From an uncultured Verrucomicrobiota bacterium (GTDB taxonomy: Bacteria > Verrucomicrobiota > Verrucomicrobiia > Chthoniobacterales > JACTMZ01): 54,431 nt of DNA. The translations under genes were made by a program, and so were the position numbers. Every line of letters begins with the position of its first letter. Position 1 is the first letter of the stretch. The stretch is from positions 1 to 54,431 of the forward strand of contig CAIZMQ010000057.1 in assembly GCA_903934135.1 (NCBI GenBank), written 5' to 3'. This document shows, piece after piece, positions 23,018 to 31,227 of this stretch. The notes beneath the pieces are model-generated. The model was not told where the DNA came from. It saw only the letters and a program-made list of their open reading frames with translations, and ran no database searches.

Positions 23018-24334
23018 ATGATAGCCGGGCTGTTCGCGGCGGCCGTTCTCTTGCTCCTTGTCGTCCGCTATCTCGCGGGGATTCTGCGCCTGCGCTCCGC
23101 CTTGCGCCGGGTGGCCCACGGCGAGCTGATGCGTCCGCTCACCCTCGATCTCCCGCCCGGTTTGCGCGCGGCGCAGCGCGACGTCGAGGCGATCGCGCGG
23201 CAGGCTCGTGACCTCGATCGCGCTGCGCACCGTGAGCGCTCCGAGCTCAATGCTATCCTGGCCAGCATCCCCGAGGGCATCTTTACCGTCGACCGGCGCC
23301 TCTGTCTCCTGCAGGCCAATCGCGGTGTCGAGGCCATGTTTCAGCTTTCCGGCTCGCCGGTCGGACGGACCGTGGTCGAAGCCTTCGGCCATGCCGCCAT
23401 GCACCGCCTCGTCCAGTTGGGATTGCAGGGGGGCAAAGAGCATCGCGGCGAAATCACCGTCGAGCGGGAGGGCGCAGCCCGGATTTTTGAATTGAGCATT
23501 TCGCCGCTGGAGCTGGGTTCCGACCATTCGGGTGCGGTCGTCGTCCTGCACGACATCACGCGCATCAAGAGTCTCGAGCAAGTGCGCCGGGAATTTGTCG
23601 CCAATGTTTCGCATGAGTTGCGGACTCCGCTCACGATCATCTGCGGTTATCTCGAAACGCTGACCGATGGCGGCCTCGATGACCGGCCCATGGCGGAGAA
23701 TGCACTTGGCGTCATGTTCAAGCACGCCGATCGTCTCGGTCGCCTGGTCGATGATCTTCTTGTCATATCCCGCGCGGAATCGCGTTCCGTCCCGCTTGAG
23801 GTCGAGCGCATCGACCTCAGCGCGCTCCTGCATCATGTTGTCGAACAGTTCGACGAGCCGATCCGTAGCCAGGCGGCCACGGTGCGCATCCTTGCGGCGG
23901 GTGGGGACCTGACGCTCGAGGCCGATGCCGTGCGTCTCGAACAGGTCTTCATCAATCTCCTCGAAAACGCGCTCAAATACGGTAACCGGCCCGGCCTTGC
24001 GGTCGACCTGCACCTCGAGCGATCCGGCCCGAATATCCAGGTGCAAGTCACCGACAACGGGCCCGGCATCCCGAGTGGAGACCAAGAGCATATTTTTGAG
24101 CGCTTTTACCGGGTGCACAAAGACCGCTCACGCGAAACCGGAGGCACGGGTCTCGGACTCTCCATTGTCAAAAATGTGATCCAAGCCCACAGCGGCAACG
24201 TCTCCGTGCGCAGTGCACCCGGCGAAGGCTCGACTTTTACCGTTGTCCTGCCGCTCCTCCAATCCGCGCCGGTGGCACCCGCGCCCTGGTCGGCTGCGAA
24301 AAAGACCGCAACCGAGGGGACGAGCGGGGGTTGA
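23018..24334 (+). CDS. phoR: Sensor histidine kinase, PhoR-like
   Basis: One N-terminal TM, a PAS-like segment, H-box FVANVSHELRTPLT, and ATPase boxes NLLENALKY, DNGPGI and GGTGLGLSIV. An alternative TTG start at 23006 would overlap the phoB stop. Confidence 0.88.
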   Translation: MIAGLFAAAVLLLLVVRYLAGILRLRSALRRVAHGELMRPLTLDLPPGLRAAQRDVEAIARQARDLDRAAHRERSELNAILASIPEGIFTVDRRLCLLQANRGVEAMFQLSGSPVGRTVVEAFGHAAMHRLVQLGLQGGKEHRGEITVEREGAARIFELSISPLELGSDHSGAVVVLHDITRIKSLEQVRREFVANVSHELRTPLTIICGYLETLTDGGLDDRPMAENALGVMFKHADRLGRLVDDLLVISRAESRSVPLEVERIDLSALLHHVVEQFDEPIRSQAATVRILAAGGDLTLEADAVRLEQVFINLLENALKYGNRPGLAVDLHLERSGPNIQVQVTDNGPGIPSGDQEHIFERFYRVHKDRSRETGGTGLGLSIVKNVIQAHSGNVSVRSAPGEGSTFTVVLPLLQSAPVAPAPWSAAKKTATEGTSGG

Positions 24335-24344
24335 ACCCTTTGTT

Positions 24345-25004
24345 ATGAAATCACTCGTTCTCTCCGCTGCCCTCTGCGCCGCGCTGGTCACCGTTGCTCC
24401 CGGCAACCTTCAGGCGCAAAGCCCCACACCCATGGAACGTCCCGACCAACCGCCAGGGAAAAAGCAGGGCAGGCCTGATGGCCCCCGCGAACCCATGGCC
24501 GGGCTGAATCGCCAAGAGGCCCAACGCCTCGCCACAGCCCGCGACAAGGCGAAAGACGATCCGACTGTCCGTTCACTGAAGGAGGCACGCGATGCGGTCG
24601 ACAAGCAGTTGGAAAACGCCATGAATGCCGCGATTCTTGCCGCCGACCCGGGCCTCGCCCCTACCTTGGAAAAAGTGAAGCAATCCCGGGACCGGGCCCG
24701 AGGGATGCGCGACCGCTTCGAGTCATTGACCCCCGAGCAGCGGGATCAATTGAAATCCGCCCGCCAAGCTGCTCAAGATGATCCGGAAGTCGTTGCCGCG
24801 CGCGAGAAGATGAAGTCCGCTGGCTCTCCCGAAGCACGGCGCGAAGCCGGTCGGGCCATGCAGGAGGCGATGAAAGCCGCGGCAATCAAACAGAATCCGG
24901 ATCTTGCCCCGCTGCTCGAGCAACTTGGGCCCCCACCGGGTGGACCTCGCGGTCCGGGAGGTTCCAAAGGGCCTCCACCGGAGATGCCAGACGGCGACGA
25001 ATAG
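24345..25004 (+). CDS. Secreted helical repeat protein with an LTXXQ motif (Spy/CpxP-like?)
   Basis: Signal peptide MKSLVLSAALCAALVTVAPGNLQA. Two internal repeats (..AKDDPTVRSLKEARD..AAILAADPGLAPTLEKV.. and ..AQDDPEVVAAREKMK..AAIKQNPDLAPLLEQL..). LTPEQ motif. The gene starts 11 nt after phoR. Confidence 0.45.
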   Translation: MKSLVLSAALCAALVTVAPGNLQAQSPTPMERPDQPPGKKQGRPDGPREPMAGLNRQEAQRLATARDKAKDDPTVRSLKEARDAVDKQLENAMNAAILAADPGLAPTLEKVKQSRDRARGMRDRFESLTPEQRDQLKSARQAAQDDPEVVAAREKMKSAGSPEARREAGRAMQEAMKAAAIKQNPDLAPLLEQLGPPPGGPRGPGGSKGPPPEMPDGDE

Positions 25005-25414
25005 CCCCATCTTGCCGATCTGTGGTCGACAATGGGCGGGTCCCTGGGACATCGCCACGAGCGGCGATTTCTTTATTGCATATCCAAGGCGCGGCCCTAC
25101 CTTGTATGTGTCCTTTCTGGTCACGACAGCCATGATTGTTCTTACGTCTTGTCTGCGGGCGACTTATGCATCCGGGCGTCCTTCGTCCGGCTTGCTAAAC
25201 ATCCTGCTGAACCTGCCGGTTTTACGCCGGCTTGAACGCGGCATTCGTGTCGTAACCGGAAAAGACACGGAAACGCCATCCGGCTGCGGAGTCCGCTCCG
25301 CCCGGGCAGCTGGCGCCATGTTGGCGCTGCTTCCGTTCCACTTCCGCGGGAAGCATCCCCAGCGCGAACAGCGCGCCCTGCGGTCCACACCATCAAGCAA
25401 TATCAATTGTCCTA

Positions 25415-26098
25415 ATGAACTCATCTCATTCCGATTCGGGTCCCCGTCGTCGCAGTCGCGGCGGACGCCCCCGCAGCTCCTCATCCCGTCCGCCGCGTTC
25501 CGGCGACAACTTCAAAATCACCCGCGAGCCCCGCAAGCCGGCTGGTCTGTGGGATAAAATCAAAGCGTTCTTCGGCCTCGCGCCGCAGCCCGCCAGACCT
25601 TCCACCAACGGCTCCGAACGCTTTGAACGCTCCGAACGTTCCGAGCGTCCCGCGCGCCGCGAGCGCTCCCGTGACGAATCCCGCGAGTCGCGTCCGCCGC
25701 GTGAACCCCGCGAGGACCGCGAACCCCGCGCCCCGCGCGAGTCGCGCAAACCGGAGAATATCGAAGTCACCACCCCCCGCCTCTACATCGGCAACCTGTC
25801 CTATGACGCGGCGGAGAGTGACCTCCTCGAGTTGTTCTCCGGCGTCGGCACCGTAGCCCATGTCGAAGTCATCTCCAACAAGCACACCCAGCGCTCCAAA
25901 GGCTTCGGCTTTATCCAGATGAACAGCGTCTCGGAGGCCAAACGCGCCGTCGAGGAGCTTCACGACAAGGAATACTTGGGCCGTAAACTCGTGGTGAGCG
26001 GAGCCAAGCTTCCGCCCGACCGCGCCATCGGCCGCGACCGCGACGAGGACGCGCCTTCCGCTGAATCCGCCTCCGAGGAGCCGACCGCGCAGGTCTGA
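25415..26098 (+). CDS. RRM-domain RNA-binding protein with an Arg/Glu/Ser/Pro-rich disordered N-terminal half
   Basis: RNP2 LYIGNL and RNP1 KGFGFIQM. The N-terminal roughly 120 aa include RFERSERSERPARRERSRDESRESRPPREPREDREPRAPRESRKPE. Confidence 0.88.
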   Translation: MNSSHSDSGPRRRSRGGRPRSSSSRPPRSGDNFKITREPRKPAGLWDKIKAFFGLAPQPARPSTNGSERFERSERSERPARRERSRDESRESRPPREPREDREPRAPRESRKPENIEVTTPRLYIGNLSYDAAESDLLELFSGVGTVAHVEVISNKHTQRSKGFGFIQMNSVSEAKRAVEELHDKEYLGRKLVVSGAKLPPDRAIGRDRDEDAPSAESASEEPTAQV

Positions 26099-26121
26099 TT
26101 AACCCATTCCTGACCAACATT

Positions 26122-26155
26122 CACGGGCCGGCACACGCCGGCCCGTGCTGTTTTT
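26122..26155 (+). terminator. Rho-independent terminator
   Basis: CACGGGCCGGC, loop acac, GCCGGCCCGTG: an 11-bp perfect stem followed by CTGTTTTT. Confidence 0.88.
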
Positions 26156-26263
26156 CGGAGGTAGGGACGAGCGCCGCTCGTCCGCCGCGCTGGCTCCGTC
26201 CCCGGCGCCGGTCGTTTCTTCCTCTGTCGCGCTCGCGCCACCATTTCCGCTACCCTCTACCCC

Positions 26264-27172
26264 GTGCTCGACCGCTCCATCCTCCGCCAGGCCGTCTTTC
26301 TCGCCGGCCCGACCTCCGTCGGTAAATCGGAGGTCGCGCTCGCGCTCGCCCAAAAACATCGCGGCGAAATCGTTTGTGCCGATGCCTTCCAGCTTTACCG
26401 CGAGTTTCCCGTCCTTAGCGCCCAACCCTCCGTGGCGGAGCGCGTGGCGGTGCCGCACCATTTGTTCGGCACGATCCCGTGCACCGATGCCACGGATGCC
26501 GCGCGTTTCGCCGACCTGGCGCTCGCTGCGATCGGAAACATCATCGCCCGCGGCCGAACTCCATTGATCGTCGGCGGCAGTGGACTTTATCTCCAAGCGC
26601 TCACGACCGGTCTCCCCCCACTGCCCGCCATCGATCCCGTCATCCGCGATGAGGTGCGGGTTCTGACGCTTGATACCATGCTCGCGCGGCTGCTTGAGCT
26701 CGATCCGGCCAGTTTGCCCGCCATCGACACGCGCAATCCGCGCCGCGTGGCCCGCCGTTTGGAACTCAGCCTGCAAACCGGACAGCCCGCCTCCGCAATC
26801 CTCACCGAACCACCCGCCCCCGAAGGCCTGCGCGGCGTGGTCCTGACCCGCGACCGTGATGAGCTCAACGCCCGGATCGCGACGGCCGTGGCCGCCCGTC
26901 TGACCGGCGGCGGTATCGAGGAGATCCGCGCCGCCCGCGACCTGGCCAGCCACACCGCGCGGCAGATCCTCGGGTGGCGGGAAATCACCGCACTGCTCGA
27001 GGACAAAATCGATCGCGCCACCTGTGCCGAACTCGTCACCATCGCCACCCGGCAATACGCCAAAAGGCAGTTGACGTGGTTCCGGGCCAAATCCACATTC
27101 CCTGTGGAGAATCTTTCGCCTGTGACGCCCGACTTTTTGGACCGCATCGCCCGTCAATTGGGCCTGCCATGA
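26264..27172 (+). CDS. miaA: tRNA dimethylallyltransferase
   Basis: VFLAGPTSVGKSEVALALA P-loop, CADAFQLYREFPVLSAQP and QYAKRQLTWFR. GTG start. Confidence 0.92.
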   Translation: MLDRSILRQAVFLAGPTSVGKSEVALALAQKHRGEIVCADAFQLYREFPVLSAQPSVAERVAVPHHLFGTIPCTDATDAARFADLALAAIGNIIARGRTPLIVGGSGLYLQALTTGLPPLPAIDPVIRDEVRVLTLDTMLARLLELDPASLPAIDTRNPRRVARRLELSLQTGQPASAILTEPPAPEGLRGVVLTRDRDELNARIATAVAARLTGGGIEEIRAARDLASHTARQILGWREITALLEDKIDRATCAELVTIATRQYAKRQLTWFRAKSTFPVENLSPVTPDFLDRIARQLGLP

Positions 27173-28443
27173 TCGTCGCCACGCCTCCCCCCCGCGCCAC
27201 CGAGAAAACCATCCTGGTCGGGCTCGAACACGACGGCGTGACCAAGTGGGATCTGGAGGAATCCTTGAACGAATTGCGTGAATTGGCCGCCACGGCGGGT
27301 GCCACCGTGGTCGACATCGTCACGCAAAAACTACCTCACCCGACCGCCCCGTATTACATCGGCAAAGGCAAAGCCGAGGAAGTCGCCGTGCTCTGCACCG
27401 AGACCGGCGCGGGCTCGATCATTTTCGACGACGAACTTTCTCCCGCGCAGGGCCGCAATCTCGAGACCATCACCTCGAAAAAGATCCTCGACCGCACCCA
27501 GCTCATTCTCGACATCTTCGCCCGCCGTGCGCGCAGCCGCGAAGGACGTCTGCAAATCGAACTCGCGCAATTGCAATACCTCCTGCCGCGCCTGACCCGC
27601 ATGTGGACCCACCTTTCGCGCCAGACCGGCGGCATCGGTACGCGGGGCCCGGGCGAAACGCAGCTTGAAGTCGACCGGCGCCGCGTGCAGGAACGCATTG
27701 CGCGCTTGCAAAAAGATTTGGAGGAAGTGCGCAAACACCGTGCCATCCAGCGCGAAGGCCGCGCCCGCCACCAGTGGCCGGTCGTGGCCATTGTCGGCTA
27801 CACCAACGCGGGGAAATCATCCCTGCTCAACCGGTTGACCAAGGCCGGCGTCCTCGCCGAGGACAAACTCTTCGCCACGCTCGATCCGACCACGCGCCAG
27901 TTCGTCCTGCCGAACAAGCTGAAGGTCCTTTTCACCGATACGGTCGGCTTCATCCGGAAATTGCCCACCACGGTCATCGAATCCTTCAAAGCCACGCTCG
28001 AAGAGTTAAAATCCGCCGACCTGTTGGTCCACGTCGTTGACCTCAGCCACCCGCAGTGGGAGGAACACATTGTCGCGACCGAAGAGGTCATTCGCGAACT
28101 CGAAGCCGACGGCAAACACACCCTGATTGTCTTCAACAAGATCGACCGGCTGGCCAACGCCAAAGCGGTCGATGCCGCGCTGGCCCGCCATCCGCATAGC
28201 GTGGCCATTTCGGTGAAAACGGGAGAAAATCTCGAGCAGTTCGTCGACGAGCTGCAAAACCAACTTTCCGCCTGGCGCCTGCGCCAAAAGTTCCGCATCC
28301 CGCAGGCGGACAGCGCTGCGCTGGCCGAGTTGCATCAGGCGGGCCACGTGGTCGAAATTGCCTACGATGGTGACGACGCCCTGGTCACCGCGCACATCCC
28401 GCCCGCGCTGGAAGCGAAGTTTGCCCGCTACGCGGTGTCCTGA
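27169..28443 (+). CDS. hflX: GTPase HflX
   Basis: HflX N-domain (YYIGKGKAEE, RLQIELAQLQYLLPRL), G1 GYTNAGKSSLLNRL, G3 DTVGF and G4 NKID. The ATG overlaps the miaA stop (ATGA). Confidence 0.93.
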   Translation: MIVATPPPRATEKTILVGLEHDGVTKWDLEESLNELRELAATAGATVVDIVTQKLPHPTAPYYIGKGKAEEVAVLCTETGAGSIIFDDELSPAQGRNLETITSKKILDRTQLILDIFARRARSREGRLQIELAQLQYLLPRLTRMWTHLSRQTGGIGTRGPGETQLEVDRRRVQERIARLQKDLEEVRKHRAIQREGRARHQWPVVAIVGYTNAGKSSLLNRLTKAGVLAEDKLFATLDPTTRQFVLPNKLKVLFTDTVGFIRKLPTTVIESFKATLEELKSADLLVHVVDLSHPQWEEHIVATEEVIRELEADGKHTLIVFNKIDRLANAKAVDAALARHPHSVAISVKTGENLEQFVDELQNQLSAWRLRQKFRIPQADSAALAELHQAGHVVEIAYDGDDALVTAHIPPALEAKFARYAVS

Positions 28444-28551
28444 TTTTTTTTAACAGATCACCGGAGCGCGCCGGCGCTCGGGTAATATCTCGCTAAAGCG
28501 AGACTCGCAGGACGACATGAGCGGGAGGGAAGGACTCAACAACATAACGAG

Positions 28552-28593
28552 GATAACGAAGCCGGCGGTTTTCCCTTTGTTGCCTTCGTTATC
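28552..28593. repeat. 10-bp perfect inverted repeat GATAACGAAG / CTTCGTTATC upstream of yjbQ
   Basis: Arms lie at 28552-28561 and 28584-28593, 21-62 nt upstream of ATG 28614. Confidence 0.5.
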
Positions 28594-28613
28594 TTCTGTT
28601 CAATCACTGTCCT

Positions 28614-29030
28614 ATGAAATCCTTCCGCGAGGAACTCTGGTTTGAATTCCCCGCCCGCCGCGGGCTGCTCAACATCACGCCGCAGGTCGGAGAATGCCTC
28701 CGCGCCAGCGGGATCAAAGAGGGGTTGTGTCTGGTCAATGCCATGCACATCACGGCCAGCGTTTTCATCAATGACGATGAAAGAGGCCTGCACGCCGATT
28801 TGGAAAAGTGGCTGGAAAAACTCGCGCCGGAAAAACCGCACAGCCAATACCGTCATAATGGCGCGGAGGACAATGCCGACGCCCATCTCAAGCGCAGCAT
28901 CATGGGCCGCGAGGTCGTGGTGGCGGTAACCGACGGACGGCTCGACTTCGGGCCGTGGGAACAAATTTTCTACGGGGAATTCGACGGACTGCGCGGCAAG
29001 CGTGTCTTGGTCAAAATCATCGGCCAGTAG
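28614..29030 (+). CDS. yjbQ: YjbQ/UPF0047 family protein (secondary thiamine-phosphate synthase-like)
   Basis: 138 aa with [32 protein letters not shown] and [18 protein letters not shown]. Confidence 0.85.
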   Translation: MKSFREELWFEFPARRGLLNITPQVGECLRASGIKEGLCLVNAMHITASVFINDDERGLHADLEKWLEKLAPEKPHSQYRHNGAEDNADAHLKRSIMGREVVVAVTDGRLDFGPWEQIFYGEFDGLRGKRVLVKIIGQ

Positions 29031-29033
29031 CGG

Positions 29034-29939
29034 CTATTTCTCCGCAAGGAGTTCCCGCTTGGCCGCGGCAAGTTCCTTGCGCTGGACCTTGCCGACCTTG
29101 GGGTAGGCCAAGTGGAGCGAGTCGAGAGCCTCGATGACGGCGGCGGCAACCACCACGCGGGTGAACCATTTGTTATCGGCCGGGACCACATACCACGGAG
29201 CGTCTTCGGTGGCGGTGTGCCGGATCGTTTCCTCGTAAGCCTTCTGGTAATCGTTCCAGTATTGACGCTGGTGCGAATCCGCGGTGGAGAACTTCCAATT
29301 TTTTTCCGGTGTGTCGATGCGGGCGAGGAAACGTTTTTTCTGCTCGGTCTTGGAAATGTTGAGGAAGAATTTGCGCACCAGCACGCCATTGCGCGCGAGG
29401 TAGCTCTCGAAAGAACGGATGTCTTGGAAGCGTTGACTCCAGATATTCTTGGTCAGCAACTCACGCGGGATCTTCTGCTTTCCGAGGATTTCCGGATGCA
29501 CGCGCACGACCAAAGTTTCCTCGTAGTAGCTGCGGTTGAAAATGCCGATCCGTCCGCGCTCCGGCACGCGCTTGCTGCAGCGCCAGAGGTAATCGTGGTC
29601 GAGTTCCTCGCTGGTCGGGGCCTTGAACGAGTGGACCTCGCAGCCCTGCGGGTTGATTCCGGACATGACATGTTTGATCGCGCCGTCTTTGCCCGCCGCA
29701 TCCATGGCCTGGAAAATGAGCAGGACAGCCCACTGGTCCTGGGCATAAAGTTTGTCCTGCAAATCGGAGAGTGCCTGCACCCCCTGGGCCAACGCTACCT
29801 TGGCGCGGTCTTTGTCCTCTTTGTCAAAGGTGAGCAGATCGTCCGGACGGTAATCTTTGAGCCGGAAATCTTTTCCCGAGGTCACCCGGAACGGGCCGGC
29901 CAGTTCGTGGGCTTTTTTGACCAGCTTGTCGGCTTTCAT
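29034..29939 (-). CDS. ppk2: Polyphosphate kinase 2 family (polyphosphate:nucleotide phosphotransferase)
   Basis: LLIFQAMDAAGKDGAIKHVMSGINPQGCEVHSFKAPTSEELDHDYLWRCSKRVPERGRIGIFNRSYYE. I chose ATG 29939 (MKADKLVKK). Confidence 0.9.
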   Translation of the reverse strand: MKADKLVKKAHELAGPFRVTSGKDFRLKDYRPDDLLTFDKEDKDRAKVALAQGVQALSDLQDKLYAQDQWAVLLIFQAMDAAGKDGAIKHVMSGINPQGCEVHSFKAPTSEELDHDYLWRCSKRVPERGRIGIFNRSYYEETLVVRVHPEILGKQKIPRELLTKNIWSQRFQDIRSFESYLARNGVLVRKFFLNISKTEQKKRFLARIDTPEKNWKFSTADSHQRQYWNDYQKAYEETIRHTATEDAPWYVVPADNKWFTRVVVAAAVIEALDSLHLAYPKVGKVQRKELAAAKRELLAEK

Positions 29940-30123
29940 GGAGATGCACAGATCCTGCGCCAGACCGCCGTTGCAGCTCAATGGCAATGAGGGAAACCCC
30001 AAAAAAGGTCGGGGGGGCATCCGGACCCGCCGGGACCGCCTTTGCGTCCTATGGGGAAAGGACGGAAAATCTTTGGCGATCAGTTGACCTCGGTTCTGCG
30101 CGCCGTAAGCTTGGCCGCTCACT

Positions 30124-30723
30124 ATGAAAACTTCACCTTCTGAATTAAGCAAAGCCAGCCACCGTATCCTCGCCATCGCCGTTTCTGCGGCCTTGGTGGC
30201 CGTTTCTTCTGTGGCCCAAGCCGAGGAGGCAGCCACCGCGGTCAAGCCGACCGCCGGCGAGTTGGCGACCAAGACCGGTCAAGACGCGACTGGGGCAGCG
30301 ACCGGGACAGCGGAGAAAGCCGGCAGCACGGTGATGGACGCGGGCAAAGGTCTCCTTAATACCGCGAAAACGGCCGTTGAAGGCGTTGGTAACACCGCCA
30401 AGTCTGCGGGCGAGACGGTTTTGGATACGGGCAAGGCGTTGATCAACAAGAACCCCGTCAAGGGTGCCGAGAATGCCGTCAAGGCGGTCGGTACCGGCGC
30501 GGTTGACACAACCGACGCGGCGGTCGGCACGGTAACTGGCACGACCAAAAGAGCTGTGGGAACCACGGCAGGTGCGGCGGGGGGAACGGCAGGCACGGCC
30601 GCCACGGCGGTCGAAGGCACTGCTCAGACCGGTGCGGATGCAGCTCATGCCGCCGGTGCCGCGGTGCGCGATGGCGCTTCCGCGGTCAAAGGCGCGGTGA
30701 CCGGCAAGAAGGCTGCCGAATAA
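30124..30723 (+). CDS. Secreted Ala/Gly/Thr-rich low-complexity protein (LEA-like repeats)
   Basis: TM/signal segment ILAIAVSAALVAVSSVAQA, then repeats of the type TAKTAVEGVGNTAKSAGETVLDTGKAL. Confidence 0.55.
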   Translation: MKTSPSELSKASHRILAIAVSAALVAVSSVAQAEEAATAVKPTAGELATKTGQDATGAATGTAEKAGSTVMDAGKGLLNTAKTAVEGVGNTAKSAGETVLDTGKALINKNPVKGAENAVKAVGTGAVDTTDAAVGTVTGTTKRAVGTTAGAAGGTAGTAATAVEGTAQTGADAAHAAGAAVRDGASAVKGAVTGKKAAE

Positions 30724-30750
30724 GGTCCGGCTTTTTCATCTTTGCCAATC

Positions 30751-30779
30751 AAGGGGCTCCCGATCGGGGGGCCCCTTTT
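30751..30779. terminator. GC-rich hairpin shared by convergent genes, with a T-tract on the plus side
   Basis: AAGGGGCTCCC, loop gatc, GGGGGGCCCCTT followed by TTA. It lies between the stops at 30723 (+) and 30785 (-). Confidence 0.65.
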
Positions 30780-30784
30780 ACTGC

Positions 30785-31186
30785 TCAGCTACGCGGCAGA
30801 AGTTCGATCAGCCTCAAGCCAACCCAGACCGCGGTAACGCAGACCGCCACGCTGGAGAGAGCATAAGCAACCGCGATGAGGACTTCACCTCGCCGCAGGA
30901 GAAAAACGGTTTCCAGACCGAAGGCGGAGAAGGTGGTGAAACCGCCGAGCAGTCCGGTAAGCAGGAGCAACCTCATCTGCGGGGTGAACCATTCGAGGCG
31001 CTCGATCATTCCGGAAAGCACTCCGAGGAGCAGACAGCCGAGCACGTTGACCACGAAGGTGCTCCAGGGGAATTTGCCGGCCAGCGTGTGATGCAGCACC
31101 CAGCCACCGATCAGGTAGCGTGCGATGGATCCGATGAAGCCGCCTGCCCCGACGAGAAAAATGTTGGCTCCGCTGCTCACAGTCAC
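30785..31186 (-). CDS. crcB: Fluoride ion channel CrcB/FluC
   Basis: 133 aa with four TM segments, GGFIGSIARY and LLGGFTTFSAF motifs. Confidence 0.9.
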   Translation of the reverse strand: MTVSSGANIFLVGAGGFIGSIARYLIGGWVLHHTLAGKFPWSTFVVNVLGCLLLGVLSGMIERLEWFTPQMRLLLLTGLLGGFTTFSAFGLETVFLLRRGEVLIAVAYALSSVAVCVTAVWVGLRLIELLPRS

Positions 31187-31227
31187 TGCAGGTTAAAGCT
31201 CCGGGGCGCTTTGCCAAGCCGCGCCCT

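Noticed and set aside
25107-25125. TGTGT-N9-TCACG in the RRM leader, which resembles the N8 palindrome
   Set aside because: The spacer is one base too long and both outer positions mismatch. I do not count it as a site.
25600-25770. Short direct repeats (GAACGC/GAACCCCGCG-type) that could suggest a CRISPR-like or tandem-repeat array
   Set aside because: They lie inside the RRM gene and encode its RSER/REPRE low-complexity region. There is no repeat-spacer periodicity.
31187-31227. Fluoride riboswitch upstream of crcB
   Set aside because: The spacer is only 41 nt and lacks the conserved riboswitch core. Only a simple GC hairpin is present.
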